Shown: positions 8,900 to 18,758, counted from the stretch's first letter. The stretch is DNA of 64,000 nt from an uncultured Bdellovibrio sp. (GCA_963932905.1 CAWVRN010000001.1:96001-160000), one strand, 5' to 3'. Made by a program: numbers and translations. Notes: generated by a model not told the origin, from the sequence alone.

Positions 8900-10296
8900 T
8901 GGATTATCTCGCCGGCCTCACTGATTTCAACGATCTCGCCGATTAAATCATACTCAAGGCTGTCAGTAATGCGAACTTTAACAATTTGGCCAACATCCGC
9001 AGTACCTGAATTGATCAACGTTACACCGTCAATATCGGGCGCCTGCTGTGAATTACGACCTTGCAATAGAAGATCTGTTTCTTCACTAAGGCCCTCAACT
9101 ATTACGTCTAACACTTTACCGATCATACGCTTTTGAAGTTTCTTAGAAATTTTCTGTTGAGTCTTCATTAGAGTATCATGACGACGCTGTTTAGTTTCAT
9201 CATCTAACTGATCAACCATTTTACCCGCTGGCGTATTTTCCTCTGGCGAGTAAGAGAAACAACCGACACGGTCAAATTCATTTTCTTTGATGAATTCCAC
9301 TAATTCATTGAATTGCTCCTCTGTTTCCCCAGGGAAGCCAACGATAAACTGAGTTCTAATAATCGCCTCTGGCATCAATGTTCTGATGTTTTTAACAACC
9401 TCAGTGATTTCCTCTTTGGTCATCTTACGATTCATTTTCTTAAGCACTTCGTTGTTGATATGTTGAAGAGGCATATCGAAATATTTCACGATTTTTTTAG
9501 AATTTTTTATTAGTTTTAATGTCTCCATATCAAGTCCATCTGGATATAAGTACAACAAACGAATCCATTGCAATCCTTCAACTTGATCAAGAGCTTTTAG
9601 CAATTCATACGGCGACTCTTTCGCTTCTGGATTCTTGCGTTTTAAATCCCAACCGTAATCCGTAAAGTCGTGTGAAATAATGATGATTTCTTTTACACCA
9701 CCGGCAACAAGAAGCTTAGCTTCGTTCACGACGTTGTCGATTGTACGCGATTGCAGGTTTCCGCGAATTAATGGAATCGCACAGAATGCACAACGCTTCA
9801 AACAACCTTCGGAAATTTTCAAATAGGCACGGTGTTTTGGCTGCGTATTCACACGTGGGGTTGATGAATCTTGCAAGTATGTTGGCAAGTTAAAGAATGT
9901 CTTCTTTTCACTGCCTTTCTTATTTTCATCTAAGATTTTATTAATATTTTGGAACTCCCCTGAACCCACAAATAAATCCGCTTCTGGTAATTCATCAACG
10001 ATGTCAGACTTATAGCGTTGAGTTAAACAACCGGCAACCACGAGACGTTTGATTTTGCCTTGCTTTTTCAGCTCACCCATTTCAATGATTCTTTGAATTG
10101 ATTCACGTTTTGAATCTTCAATGAAACCACACGTGTTAATGATCACGGTGTCCGCTTCCTCTTCTTCAGCCACGATTTTGTAGCCGTCTTTCATTAAGGT
10201 ACCGACCATAATTTCTGTGTCGACTAGGTTTTTAGGACAGCCTAAGCTAATGAAGTGGACTTTGTTTTCGGTCGTTGGCTTTTCAACTTGTTTCAT
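8896..10296 (-). CDS. rimO: Ribosomal protein S12 methylthiotransferase RimO
   Basis: SLGCPKNLVD, INTCGFI, radical SAM CLKRCAFC, AYLKISEGC, C-terminal TRAM domain with APDIDG. Confidence 0.96.
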   Translation of the reverse strand: MKQVEKPTTENKVHFISLGCPKNLVDTEIMVGTLMKDGYKIVAEEEEADTVIINTCGFIEDSKRESIQRIIEMGELKKQGKIKRLVVAGCLTQRYKSDIVDELPEADLFVGSGEFQNINKILDENKKGSEKKTFFNLPTYLQDSSTPRVNTQPKHRAYLKISEGCLKRCAFCAIPLIRGNLQSRTIDNVVNEAKLLVAGGVKEIIIISHDFTDYGWDLKRKNPEAKESPYELLKALDQVEGLQWIRLLYLYPDGLDMETLKLIKNSKKIVKYFDMPLQHINNEVLKKMNRKMTKEEITEVVKNIRTLMPEAIIRTQFIVGFPGETEEQFNELVEFIKENEFDRVGCFSYSPEENTPAGKMVDQLDDETKQRRHDTLMKTQQKISKKLQKRMIGKVLDVIVEGLSEETDLLLQGRNSQQAPDIDGVTLINSGTADVGQIVKVRITDSLEYDLIGEIVEISEAGEIIQ

Positions 10297-10955
10297 AACG
10301 TAATCACCTGTGCGTCTTTTGGAGGCGCGTAGTTAAACAATTTCGATTTTTCTTTTTTGCTAAATTCAACGTTTTTAAAATTCATATCGGTTTGGTTGCC
10401 GATATCGTCTTTGAACGAAACCGCGCTGATTTTTTTGCCCGCGATATGAATAACTAGATCTTTAATTTGCAGATCACTGCCTTTCGGTTCTAAGAAATAC
10501 AATTTCTCATCTTTCAAAGACTCTGTCTTTAGAACTTTAAAATTCTTTTTTACTTCAGACGTTCCAAGCAGTGTAGCCACCAAGATTTGTTTTTTTGTAT
10601 TCTTGTCTACTTTTGATTTTGCTACTTGAATCGGTCCCGGTAGCTCTGCACTCGGATGTTGTACATTCCAAATTGTCTTTCCATCAAAAATAATTTGAGT
10701 TTTTTCCGGAGTATCTGTGTCCCAGCGAAATTTTGATTGTGACAAATAAATCTTGCCAACAAATTTTGTTTCTTTGCTTAGGACTTTTGATTTTACTGTC
10801 TTCACAACATCCATACTGACTAATTTTGAGTTGCGATATTTTGAAACCACTTCGTCGAGTGACGAAGTAGCCGCGTCAGCAGATACATTTAAGAAAAATG
10901 TAAAAAACAAAAAAAGAAGAGGAATAATAAATTTCATCATTCCTTTATATATCAA
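10293..10955 (-). CDS. lolA: Outer-membrane lipoprotein carrier LolA family protein
   Basis: Signal peptide; KFRWDTDTPEKTQIIFDGKTIW; DDIGNQT; C-terminal FNYAPPKDAQVI. True start likely one of the ATGs near 10940. Confidence 0.85.
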   Translation of the reverse strand: MIYKGMMKFIIPLLFLFFTFFLNVSADAATSSLDEVVSKYRNSKLVSMDVVKTVKSKVLSKETKFVGKIYLSQSKFRWDTDTPEKTQIIFDGKTIWNVQHPSAELPGPIQVAKSKVDKNTKKQILVATLLGTSEVKKNFKVLKTESLKDEKLYFLEPKGSDLQIKDLVIHIAGKKISAVSFKDDIGNQTDMNFKNVEFSKKEKSKLFNYAPPKDAQVITL

Positions 10956-10968
10956 ACACTTAGGGTTT

Positions 10969-11601
10969 TCACTCTCTAATTATTAACGATAACGCTTTTA
11001 CATGGCCTAGTTTCTTTAGATGGGTCTGTGCTGCCTGGATCGTTGTTCCAGTCGTTATTATGTCATCCACAAAATAGACGTGGGAAAATTTTTCATCTAT
11101 GTCTTGCCTTAAAACGAACTTATTTCCAATAAGGGTTTGCCGTTCGACCCGATTCATGCGTTTTTGCTCTTTAACATCTAGTCGCTGAAGCGCACCCAAT
11201 ACAGGTATTCCCGTCACCCGAGACAGAGAGCTTGCAAATAGAAAAGCATGATCTTTGATATCATTAATAGCCGGACAGGGTACAAACACCGATGATACAG
11301 CGGGCGTGTCGTGTTTTATCCACTCGGCCAAAAACCGCTCTGCGTAGTGATTCCAGGCCTTTTGCTGCCATTGACCCTTTAGAGCAAGAGCCAATCGATT
11401 CAATATTCTGTTTCTATCGCGTTGCCATCGAAACAACGACAAGCAGGGAACGTTCTTAATTTCTCTAGGCTGTTCCATGGAATTTCCAGCGACGGCAAAC
11501 AGTTTTTGTTCGCATTGATAACATAATAATGAACCTCGCACGCTGAACGAGTTACAATGCAGACACGAATGAAGGCCGATAGATAGAAATTCTGGAAACA
11601 T
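10969..11601 (-). CDS. comF: ComF-family amidophosphoribosyltransferase-like competence protein
   Basis: N-terminal CxxC...CxxC zinc ribbon; PRTase loop FVDDIITTGTT. Confidence 0.8.
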   Translation of the reverse strand: MFPEFLSIGLHSCLHCNSFSVRGSLLCYQCEQKLFAVAGNSMEQPREIKNVPCLSLFRWQRDRNRILNRLALALKGQWQQKAWNHYAERFLAEWIKHDTPAVSSVFVPCPAINDIKDHAFLFASSLSRVTGIPVLGALQRLDVKEQKRMNRVERQTLIGNKFVLRQDIDEKFSHVYFVDDIITTGTTIQAAQTHLKKLGHVKALSLIIRE

Positions 11602-11695
11602 TCTTTTTCTGTTCTGCGAATTTGAAACCCATGTATAAATCGATACCGCGAACAGGGGGTTCAAACTGTTTGGTATGATTTCGAGAACTGGCTTT

Positions 11696-12166
11696 TTAAG
11701 GGTTATGATAAGGAAGATTTTTTAGAATCGTAAAACCACGATAGATTTGCTCAAGCAAAACTACCTGCGCCACCAGATGATTCAAGGTAAATGGGGACAA
11801 ATTAACTTTTAACGACGCTCGTTTTTTTATTTCGTCACTTACGCCATAGGGCCCACCGATTAAAAAATAGACCTGCTTTTTCCCCGATCCCAGAATTCGG
11901 TTTAAATGTTCCGAAAATTTAACGGAATCCATTGTTTGGCCTTTTTCGTCTAGCAAAACCAAAAAATCGTCAGGTTTAAGAATATCTAGTACAGCCTGGC
12001 CTTCTTTGCGAACACGGACTTCGCGTTGATCGCGATCATTGGTCTGAGCTTTTAAGGTTTTAACTTCAAATGGCAGAAAGTGAGAGATTTTTTCTGTGTA
12101 GACGTCATTGGCGTTTTGAAACCACGGTTCTTTACTAGTTTGAAAATTAAGTAAAACGAGTTTCAT
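11696..12166 (-). CDS. rlmH: 23S rRNA (pseudouridine1915-N3)-methyltransferase
   Basis: LDEKG, FLIGGPYG, LEQIYRGFTILKNLPYH SPOUT motifs; follows rsfS. Confidence 0.95.
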   Translation of the reverse strand: MKLVLLNFQTSKEPWFQNANDVYTEKISHFLPFEVKTLKAQTNDRDQREVRVRKEGQAVLDILKPDDFLVLLDEKGQTMDSVKFSEHLNRILGSGKKQVYFLIGGPYGVSDEIKKRASLKVNLSPFTLNHLVAQVVLLEQIYRGFTILKNLPYHNP

Positions 12167-12192
12167 TTACGCCAACTTCTATCGAGTATCGG

Positions 12193-13203
12193 TTACTTCA
12201 ATAAATTATTTTTCAATGGAACAGCATCTTTCCAAAGTCTTTCTAAATTGTATTCTTGGCGAACGAAATCGTAGAAAATATGGATGATCAAACTGCCGTA
12301 ATCGATGACTACCCATCGACCTTCTTCGGTTCCCTCAACACTTTGAGGTAACAAATTAAACTCATCTTTAACAGCACCAATTAACGATTCCGCCAATGAA
12401 ACCGCATGGCGAGTAGACGTACCCGATGAAATCACAGTGTATTCAGCCGGTGCGGACATATTGGTTAAATCATAACTGTGAGTCATGATGCCCTTTTTGT
12501 CGTCTAGAATTTGTGAACAGAATAATGCAAACTGTTTGTAGTCTTTAACTTTCTGACCGAAATCCCGATATAAACCGTGTTCTTTAATGTAGTTTTCAAC
12601 TGATAACGGCAAATATTTAGTAACCGGACGACCTGTACGCAGTTTTTTACGCAATTCCGTCGATGACACTTCGATATCTTCAAGTGTTACAAATTGTATA
12701 CTGCGACCAGTAGTTAATTCGATGAAATTAAATTCCAAGTCAGCCGTTAAATCTTGTAAGAATTTTGGCAAATCAGATTTCTCATGTGGAATTTCGTGAC
12801 CAGGACGAGTTGTTACGATTAAATTCGTCTCTTCCAATATTTTTTTATAATCTTTCCATTTATCAAATGTATCTAAATTGTCTGCGCCCAAAATCAAGAA
12901 CAACTCTTTCGCTTCATACTGTTTACGATATTCTGCGATCGTGTCTTTCATGTAGCTCATACCCTTACGAGTAAGTTCTTGCGTGTCGACTTCAAAATGT
13001 TTTTCGTAACCCTGAACAGCGGCTTTGATCATGTTCAACCGATGTTCCGGAGCTGGTCCGTCTAATTCTTTTTTAAGTGGGTTTTGAAATGCTGGAATAA
13101 GAAAAACCTTATCTAAACCCATTTTACGTCTAACAGTTTCAATACTGTTGATATGTCCTAAATGTGGTGGATTGAATGTGCCACCGAATAATCCAATTTT
13201 CAT
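12193..13203 (-). CDS. nadD-rsfS: Fusion of nicotinate-nucleotide adenylyltransferase NadD and ribosome silencing factor RsfS
   Basis: N-part GGTFNPPHLGH, ILGAD, VSSTELR, YIKEHGLY; C-part LDDKKG...SGTSTRH...WVVIDYGSLIIHIF...RQEYNLERLW; one uninterrupted frame. Confidence 0.93.
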   Translation of the reverse strand: MKIGLFGGTFNPPHLGHINSIETVRRKMGLDKVFLIPAFQNPLKKELDGPAPEHRLNMIKAAVQGYEKHFEVDTQELTRKGMSYMKDTIAEYRKQYEAKELFLILGADNLDTFDKWKDYKKILEETNLIVTTRPGHEIPHEKSDLPKFLQDLTADLEFNFIELTTGRSIQFVTLEDIEVSSTELRKKLRTGRPVTKYLPLSVENYIKEHGLYRDFGQKVKDYKQFALFCSQILDDKKGIMTHSYDLTNMSAPAEYTVISSGTSTRHAVSLAESLIGAVKDEFNLLPQSVEGTEEGRWVVIDYGSLIIHIFYDFVRQEYNLERLWKDAVPLKNNLLK

Positions 13204-13205
13204 AC

Positions 13206-14237
13206 TTACTTCGCTTCCTGTTCAAATAGATTTTGCGTTAAGAACGTCATCAGCTCGGCGATATTTTTGCCAGTGTAAGCTGAGATTGCGATTGGTTTAA
13301 CGTTAAATCGTTTTTGAAAATCTGATTTTAATTTTGTTAACTGTGCTTCTGATAATGTGTCGATTTTATTCAAAACGGCAAACTGAGGACGATTAGCCAA
13401 TGGGAAGAAACCGTCTTTGTCTTTGTTCGCTTCATCGTACATTTTTAATTCATGATTGATATCTTCGTAGTCTTGCAAAGGATCACGTTGAGATAAACCG
13501 GATGCATCTACTAAATGGATAAAGAATTTTGTACGTTCAATATGTTTTAAGAATTGAATACCTAACCCGATACCTTGATGCGCGCCTTTTACAAGTCCTG
13601 GGATATCCGCTACCACAAAGGATTTAAAGTCCGCCACCTTAACAACGCCTAAATTTGGAACTAGAGTTGTAAAGGGGTAATCCGCAATTTTAGGTTTGGC
13701 CGCTGAAATTCTAGAAATCAATGTCGATTTGCCGGCGTTGGGAAATCCGATGATACCAACGTCTGCAATTAATTTTAGTTCTAAAGTTACTTCAATTTCT
13801 TCGCCGCCTTCACCAGGTTGAGCGTGCTCAGGAGCTTGATTCACAGATGTTTTAAAGAAGTGATTGCCTTTACCACCGCGGCCGCCTTTTAAAAGCGTGC
13901 ATTCGTCCATCTCGGCTAAGTCGGCTAAAACTTGGCCTTCCATGTTTCTGACAATCGTACCTTTAGGTAAAAGCAGAACCATGTCTTCGCCATTAGCACC
14001 CGAAGACTTAGCCCCTTCGCCGGGCAGACCGTTCTTTGCGATGTATTTTTTATTTGCGCGATAATCGACAAGGGAATTTAAATGCGGAGTCGCTCTTAAT
14101 ATAAGATCGCCGCCTTTACCGCCATCACCACCGTCTGGGCCACCACGAGGGGTCATTGCCTCACGACGGAAACTTACTGCACCTGGGCCACCATGGCCGG
14201 AACCAATCACTATTCTAATTTCATCGATAAATCTCAT
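13206..14237 (-). CDS. obgE: GTPase ObgE/CgtA
   Basis: Gly-rich Obg fold (GGPDGGDGGKGG), GFPNAGKST, DYPFTTL, DIPG, NKID. Confidence 0.97.
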   Translation of the reverse strand: MRFIDEIRIVIGSGHGGPGAVSFRREAMTPRGGPDGGDGGKGGDLILRATPHLNSLVDYRANKKYIAKNGLPGEGAKSSGANGEDMVLLLPKGTIVRNMEGQVLADLAEMDECTLLKGGRGGKGNHFFKTSVNQAPEHAQPGEGGEEIEVTLELKLIADVGIIGFPNAGKSTLISRISAAKPKIADYPFTTLVPNLGVVKVADFKSFVVADIPGLVKGAHQGIGLGIQFLKHIERTKFFIHLVDASGLSQRDPLQDYEDINHELKMYDEANKDKDGFFPLANRPQFAVLNKIDTLSEAQLTKLKSDFQKRFNVKPIAISAYTGKNIAELMTFLTQNLFEQEAK

Positions 14238-14289
14238 AACTTTGAACTACTTTGTAATACGTAAGGTACTCTTTAGACCTTAAAAATAG

Positions 14290-14314
14290 AAAAAGGGAGT
14301 TAAAAACTCCCTTT
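14290..14314 (-). terminator. Rho-independent terminator after rplU-rpmA
   Basis: AAAGGGAGTT/AACTCCCTTT inverted repeat with a T-run on the minus strand. Confidence 0.7.
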
Positions 14315-14346
14315 GTAAAAACTCTATGTGAAAAAACTTGTTTTAA

Positions 14347-14607
14347 TTAAACAGCTTGAGGGTAAACAGAAACTTTTAGTTTCATTTTACTCTCGCGTTC
14401 GAATTTAACAACGCCTTCGATAGTAGAATAGATTGTCCAATCTCTACCAACGCGTACATTGTTTCCCATATGGAATTTAGTTCCACGTTGTCTAACAATG
14501 ATTGTTCCTGGCAATACTTTTTCGCCACCAAATCTTTTAACGCCTAAACGCTGACTATTTGAATCGCGTCCATTCTTGGTACTACCGCCCGCCTTCTTCG
14601 ATGCCAT
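14347..14607 (-). CDS. rpmA: 50S ribosomal protein L27
   Basis: [16 protein letters not shown]...RLGVK...IIVRQRGT. Confidence 0.98.
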   Translation of the reverse strand: MASKKAGGSTKNGRDSNSQRLGVKRFGGEKVLPGTIIVRQRGTKFHMGNNVRVGRDWTIYSTIEGVVKFERESKMKLKVSVYPQAV

Positions 14608-14633
14608 ACTAACTCCCTCTTACCTAATTCCGT

Positions 14634-15227
14634 TTATTTCTTAGTTGCTTTTTTAGATGTCTTTTTAGCTTTAGCTGATTTCTTAGCTGCCGCTTTTTTT
14701 GGAGACACTTTTTTAGCTGCTGCTTTTTTCGCTACTTTTTTAGAAGCTTTCTTCTTAGAAGTTAACGCTTTTGTTTCTTCTGAAGAAACAGATTTGCTGC
14801 TGCCGACTTTAGCTTCAACACGTTCTCTACGTGCTTGAACTTTATCTTGGATTCTTTGCGCTCTTACTGCAGCCATATCAGTTACTACTGGTTGAGAATC
14901 AGAAGTTGCTGTTTTGCCATCAGAAGTGATTGATTTAACAAAAATTTCTGTGAAAGGCTGTTTGTGATTTTTGAATTTTCTGAAAGAATGACGACGTTTC
15001 TTTTTGAATACGATCACTTTTCTGTCGCGACCTTGTTTAGTTACAACAACAGTTACTTTAGCACCTTTTACAAGAGGTTGACCGATAACAGTTGTGTCAC
15101 CGCCAACAACAAGAACTTCAGTTATTTCAAATTCAGTTCCTAAGTTTTGTTCCAATTTTTCAACTTGAACTACATCACCAGGTTTTACAGTGTATTGTTT
15201 TCCACCAGTTTTAATTACTGCGTACAT
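14634..15227 (-). CDS. rplU: 50S ribosomal protein L21 with long Lys/Ala-rich C-terminal extension
   Basis: MYAVIKTGGKQY...KVIVFKKKRR...HKQPFT core followed by ~90 extra residues. Confidence 0.96.
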   Translation of the reverse strand: MYAVIKTGGKQYTVKPGDVVQVEKLEQNLGTEFEITEVLVVGGDTTVIGQPLVKGAKVTVVVTKQGRDRKVIVFKKKRRHSFRKFKNHKQPFTEIFVKSITSDGKTATSDSQPVVTDMAAVRAQRIQDKVQARRERVEAKVGSSKSVSSEETKALTSKKKASKKVAKKAAAKKVSPKKAAAKKSAKAKKTSKKATKK

Positions 15228-15390
15228 TATTATCCTCCACAGGATTCGGGATTAAACCTCGAAGTAAATGCCATTCCGACGGCACCCTGTCAATATTTTA
15301 ATCAATTAATTTAATGAACTCTATAACAAGCTTTTTGAAAAATCAAAACATCAAATTAAAATTCTTCCCCGAAAGCTTCTCGCGAATATA

Positions 15391-15529
15391 ATTTGGTTCT
15401 AAAGGCGTCAGATGCGAGGCGGAGTATCCAAAAAAGCGCGTAGGCGTACTTTAATGTACGCTGGAGCGATTTTTTGGAGCTGGGGCCGCCGAGGCACAAC
15501 GAAGTCAGCTGGCGGTTTTAGGACCAAAT
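15391..15529. repeat. 139-bp rod-like palindromic (MITE/REP-like) element
   Basis: Nested inverted repeats: ATTTGGTTCTAAAG/TTTTAGGACCAAAT, CGTCAGATG/CAGCTGGCG, GGCGG/CCGCC, TCCAAAAAA/TTTTTTGGA, GCGTAC/GTACGC. Confidence 0.75.
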
Positions 15530-15530
15530 C

Positions 15531-17066
15531 TTAGTCTTTGATGAACAGTTCGTACTGTTCGATGTGGTAAGACGGCTCGATTTTGAAAGTTACTGATTTC
15601 TTTAACTTTTTTTCAAGATGTTCCAGTGTTTTACCTTCGAATTCATAGATCCAATCGACGATTTCACTGCGGCAGTGAACCGCAAATGTGCTTTTCGAAT
15701 TATCGATCATGCCGATTTCACGCTCTAGCTCGCGGAAAATCTCGTTCGCAACTGTTGATTTACGTTTGATGTAACCATGACCATCGCAGTAGCTGCAGGG
15801 TTCACACAGAGTCTTAATTAAACTAGGTCTAGTGCGTTTACGGGTCATCTCTACTAAACCTAGTGATGACATCGATAGAACATTCACTTTTCCGCGGTCT
15901 TTAAGAACTTCTTCTTTCAGGCCGTCTAAAATTTTTTCACGGTGAGATTCTTTTTCCATGTCGATGAAGTCGATAATAATGATGCCGCCGCAATTTCTGA
16001 TTCGCAGTTGATGGGCAATCTCTTTTACGGCTTCTAGATTGGTTTTTAGAATCGTGTCTTCTAAATCCTTTTTACCAACAAATCGACCGGTGTTGACGTC
16101 AATAACCACTAATGCTTCGGCTTCATCGATAACGATGTAACCGCCCGATTTTAACCAGATTTTTCTATCCAGTGAGCGCGAAACCTCTAGTTCCACGTCG
16201 TATAAATCAAACAGGGGTTTTGGTTCTTCATACAGAATTATGTTCTGTTTATATTTAGGCATTAATTGCGTTACGAACTTGCTTACTTTTTTGTGAATTT
16301 CAGCGTCGTCCACCCAAACACTGACTACATCTTCGTTCATCAGGTCGCGCAAGGCGCGCAATTCAACTTCGATTTCTTGATGAACTAATCCTGGCGTTTT
16401 CTTTTTATCGTAGTTTTTTAAAACTTCTTTCGAAAGACGATCTAAATAGTCTACGTCAGACTTCAGATTTTCTTCCGAAGCGCCCTCACCCGCAGTACGT
16501 ACGATAACGCCGCCCAGTGGATTAATTTTTTGAACTAAGTTTTTTAAACGATCACGTTCTTCTTCGTGTTCGATACGACGTGAAATGCCCAAATGACGAA
16601 TTGTTGGCAAATAAACTACGAATCGGCCGGGCAATGAGATATGCGTCGTCAAACGTGCGCCTTTAGTCCCAAGCGGATCTTTGGCTACTTGAACTAACAG
16701 AGCTTGGCCTTCTTTAATTAAATCTTGAATCGGGGTTTTATTTTCGCTTTTCTGAGGAATGCCTTCTTCGTCGAAAACAGTTTCTTCTAGTGGTTCTTCG
16801 CGATCTAAATCAGGAATTGGGTAACTATCAGAATCTAGATCTTCACGAATGTCGCCCACATATAGGAAAGCGGCCTTTTCCAGACCAATATCCACAAACG
16901 CGGCCTGCATACCCGGAAGTACGCGCAGCACGACCCCGCGGAATATGGACCCAACCATGGTCGGAGATGTTTTACGTTCAATTTTAAGGTCAGTTAGGAT
17001 TCCTTTGTCGACATAGGCAACGCGAGTCTCGTGAGGTCTAACGTTGATCAAGATTTCAGCAGCCAT
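15531..17066 (-). CDS. rng: Ribonuclease G (Rne/Rng family)
   Basis: VLPGMQAAFVDIG S1 domain, KDPLGTKGARLT, IDVNTG, GGIIIIDFIDM, CSYCDGHG Zn-link; no long C-terminal scaffold. Confidence 0.93.
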   Translation of the reverse strand: MAAEILINVRPHETRVAYVDKGILTDLKIERKTSPTMVGSIFRGVVLRVLPGMQAAFVDIGLEKAAFLYVGDIREDLDSDSYPIPDLDREEPLEETVFDEEGIPQKSENKTPIQDLIKEGQALLVQVAKDPLGTKGARLTTHISLPGRFVVYLPTIRHLGISRRIEHEEERDRLKNLVQKINPLGGVIVRTAGEGASEENLKSDVDYLDRLSKEVLKNYDKKKTPGLVHQEIEVELRALRDLMNEDVVSVWVDDAEIHKKVSKFVTQLMPKYKQNIILYEEPKPLFDLYDVELEVSRSLDRKIWLKSGGYIVIDEAEALVVIDVNTGRFVGKKDLEDTILKTNLEAVKEIAHQLRIRNCGGIIIIDFIDMEKESHREKILDGLKEEVLKDRGKVNVLSMSSLGLVEMTRKRTRPSLIKTLCEPCSYCDGHGYIKRKSTVANEIFRELEREIGMIDNSKSTFAVHCRSEIVDWIYEFEGKTLEHLEKKLKKSVTFKIEPSYHIEQYELFIKD

Positions 17067-17227
17067 GGTCTATCCTTTTTCGGGCGGTGTACAAGATTGT
17101 CTAAAACAATAGTCCAGAGGAGTCTAGTAAAAGAAATTAATTTTAATAACTTAGACCTGTTTTGCCCTTATATTTTTCCTGGCTCAGCCGATTAGATAAA
17201 TGATTAGAAATTGCTAAGGAGTAGGTT

Positions 17228-18307
17228 TTGGCTGCAATAGACGACTTATTTAAAATCATGGTGGAACAAAATGCTTCCGATTTGCATTTAACAAGCGGAG
17301 CGCCTCCCTATTTACGTCTGCACGGCAAAATGATGCCGCTGAACTACAAAGAGCTAACAAGCCAGGAAGTTCAGGGTCTTTTATTTGAAATTCTTACGGA
17401 AAAACAAAAAAAGTCATTTATCGAAAAATGGGAATTAGACTGCGCGTACACGGTTCCGGGTTTAGCGCGTTTTCGTTGCAATATCTTCATGCAAAGAAAA
17501 GGTTTAGCGGGCGTATTCAGGATCATTCCAGAAAAAATTAAATCAGCTCAAGAATTGAACTTACCACAAGGTATTTTAGATCTTATCGACTGCGATCGCG
17601 GGTTGATTCTTGTTACGGGTCCAACGGGTTCTGGTAAATCGACGACCCTAGCAGCGATGATACATGAAATTAACATGAATTCAGAATCGCACATCATCAC
17701 GGTGGAAGATCCTATCGAGTTCGTTCATCAAAATATTAAATCAGTTATCAATCAACGTGAAGTTGGTTCTCACACGAAATCGTTCTCGAACGCCCTGAAA
17801 GCGGCTCTGCGGGAAGATCCAGATATCTTGCTGGTGGGTGAGCTTCGTGACTTAGAAACGATTTCCTTAGCCTTAACAGCGGCAGAAACTGGTCATATTG
17901 TGTTTGGTACTTTACATACAAACAATGCGGCGAAGACTATCGATCGTATCATAGACGTTTTCCCTTCTAGCCAACAAGCCCAAATTAGAACGATGTTGTC
18001 AGAAAGCTTGCGCGGAGTTGTAGCCCAAACGCTGTTCCCGCGTGCCGATGGGCAAGGTCGTGTGGCCGCGTACGAAATTTTGAAGAGCACGAAAGCGGTT
18101 GCGAACTTAATTCGTGAAGGTAAGATCCATCAAATTCCATCTGCGATCCAAACAGGTACCGGTGCCGGCATGGTTTCTTTCGAGAAATACATCGATGACT
18201 TGGTTAAAAAAGGTAAAGTGGCTCCGCACGATGCGAAATTATTCTTGGGTAAAGATACAGAAACAACGTCAGCTTCCACGAATGCCGTTAAGCGACCTGC
18301 ATCTTAA
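17228..18307 (+). CDS. pilT: Type IV pilus retraction ATPase PilT
   Basis: ASDLHL, GPTGSGKST, TVEDPIE, LREDPDILLVGE, TLHT, ANLIRE; AAGGAG SD and TTG start. Confidence 0.93.
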   Translation: MAAIDDLFKIMVEQNASDLHLTSGAPPYLRLHGKMMPLNYKELTSQEVQGLLFEILTEKQKKSFIEKWELDCAYTVPGLARFRCNIFMQRKGLAGVFRIIPEKIKSAQELNLPQGILDLIDCDRGLILVTGPTGSGKSTTLAAMIHEINMNSESHIITVEDPIEFVHQNIKSVINQREVGSHTKSFSNALKAALREDPDILLVGELRDLETISLALTAAETGHIVFGTLHTNNAAKTIDRIIDVFPSSQQAQIRTMLSESLRGVVAQTLFPRADGQGRVAAYEILKSTKAVANLIREGKIHQIPSAIQTGTGAGMVSFEKYIDDLVKKGKVAPHDAKLFLGKDTETTSASTNAVKRPAS

Positions 18308-18314
18308 TTTGTAG

Positions 18315-18704
18315 CTACCATTGATATTGAAACGACAAAAGAGGCCAGCTTATATCCGGGCCTCTTTTTTTATTTGTAGAACGCTCGGCTAGCTGAACCT
18401 GAGTGGAAAGTGGTAACAGATTTTCATTGGCTGCCGAACGTTGACCGTAATTATCATACATCACGTAACTAACGCCGGCGAGTAAGCCGACCGCAACACC
18501 CGTCGTGATATTATCCGTGTGTTCCTGCGGTTTTCCATAAAAACTAAGAGTACTTAAACCCAAGATTCCGCCACCGATACTTGCAAATAAGATCGTTGCT
18601 GTCGTTCGTTTGAACGAAGACTGCGACTGTGCCCACGTTGGCGCGGCACTTACTAGTAACATCAATGCTGTAAAAATCTGCATGAATTTCATTAGTATCA
18701 ACAC
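18315..18704 (-). CDS. Small exported/membrane hypothetical protein
   Basis: Signal peptide (TWA-QS) then two Gly-rich hydrophobic helices and an aromatic C-terminus (FQYQW); start may be ATG 18692. Confidence 0.65.
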   Translation of the reverse strand: MLILMKFMQIFTALMLLVSAAPTWAQSQSSFKRTTATILFASIGGGILGLSTLSFYGKPQEHTDNITTGVAVGLLAGVSYVMYDNYGQRSAANENLLPLSTQVQLAERSTNKKRGPDISWPLLSFQYQW

Positions 18705-18722
18705 TAGCGGTTACAATCATTT

Positions 18723-18751
18723 TTGACAAACGCTTTTGTTATCTATTTAAT
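18723..18751 (+). promoter_or_regulatory. sigma70 promoter (TTGACA-N17-TTTAAT) of the deoC operon, leaderless geometry
   Basis: Perfect -35, 5/6 -10, ATG 18759 exactly 7 nt downstream. Confidence 0.65.
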
Positions 18752-18758
18752 CAGGTTT

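Noticed and set aside
15228..15295. L21 leader RNA / promoter upstream of rplU
   Set aside because: TTGACA is present (15293-15288, minus) but no good -10 lies at 16-18 bp, and there is only a short TGCCGT/ATGGCA hairpin; insufficient for a call.
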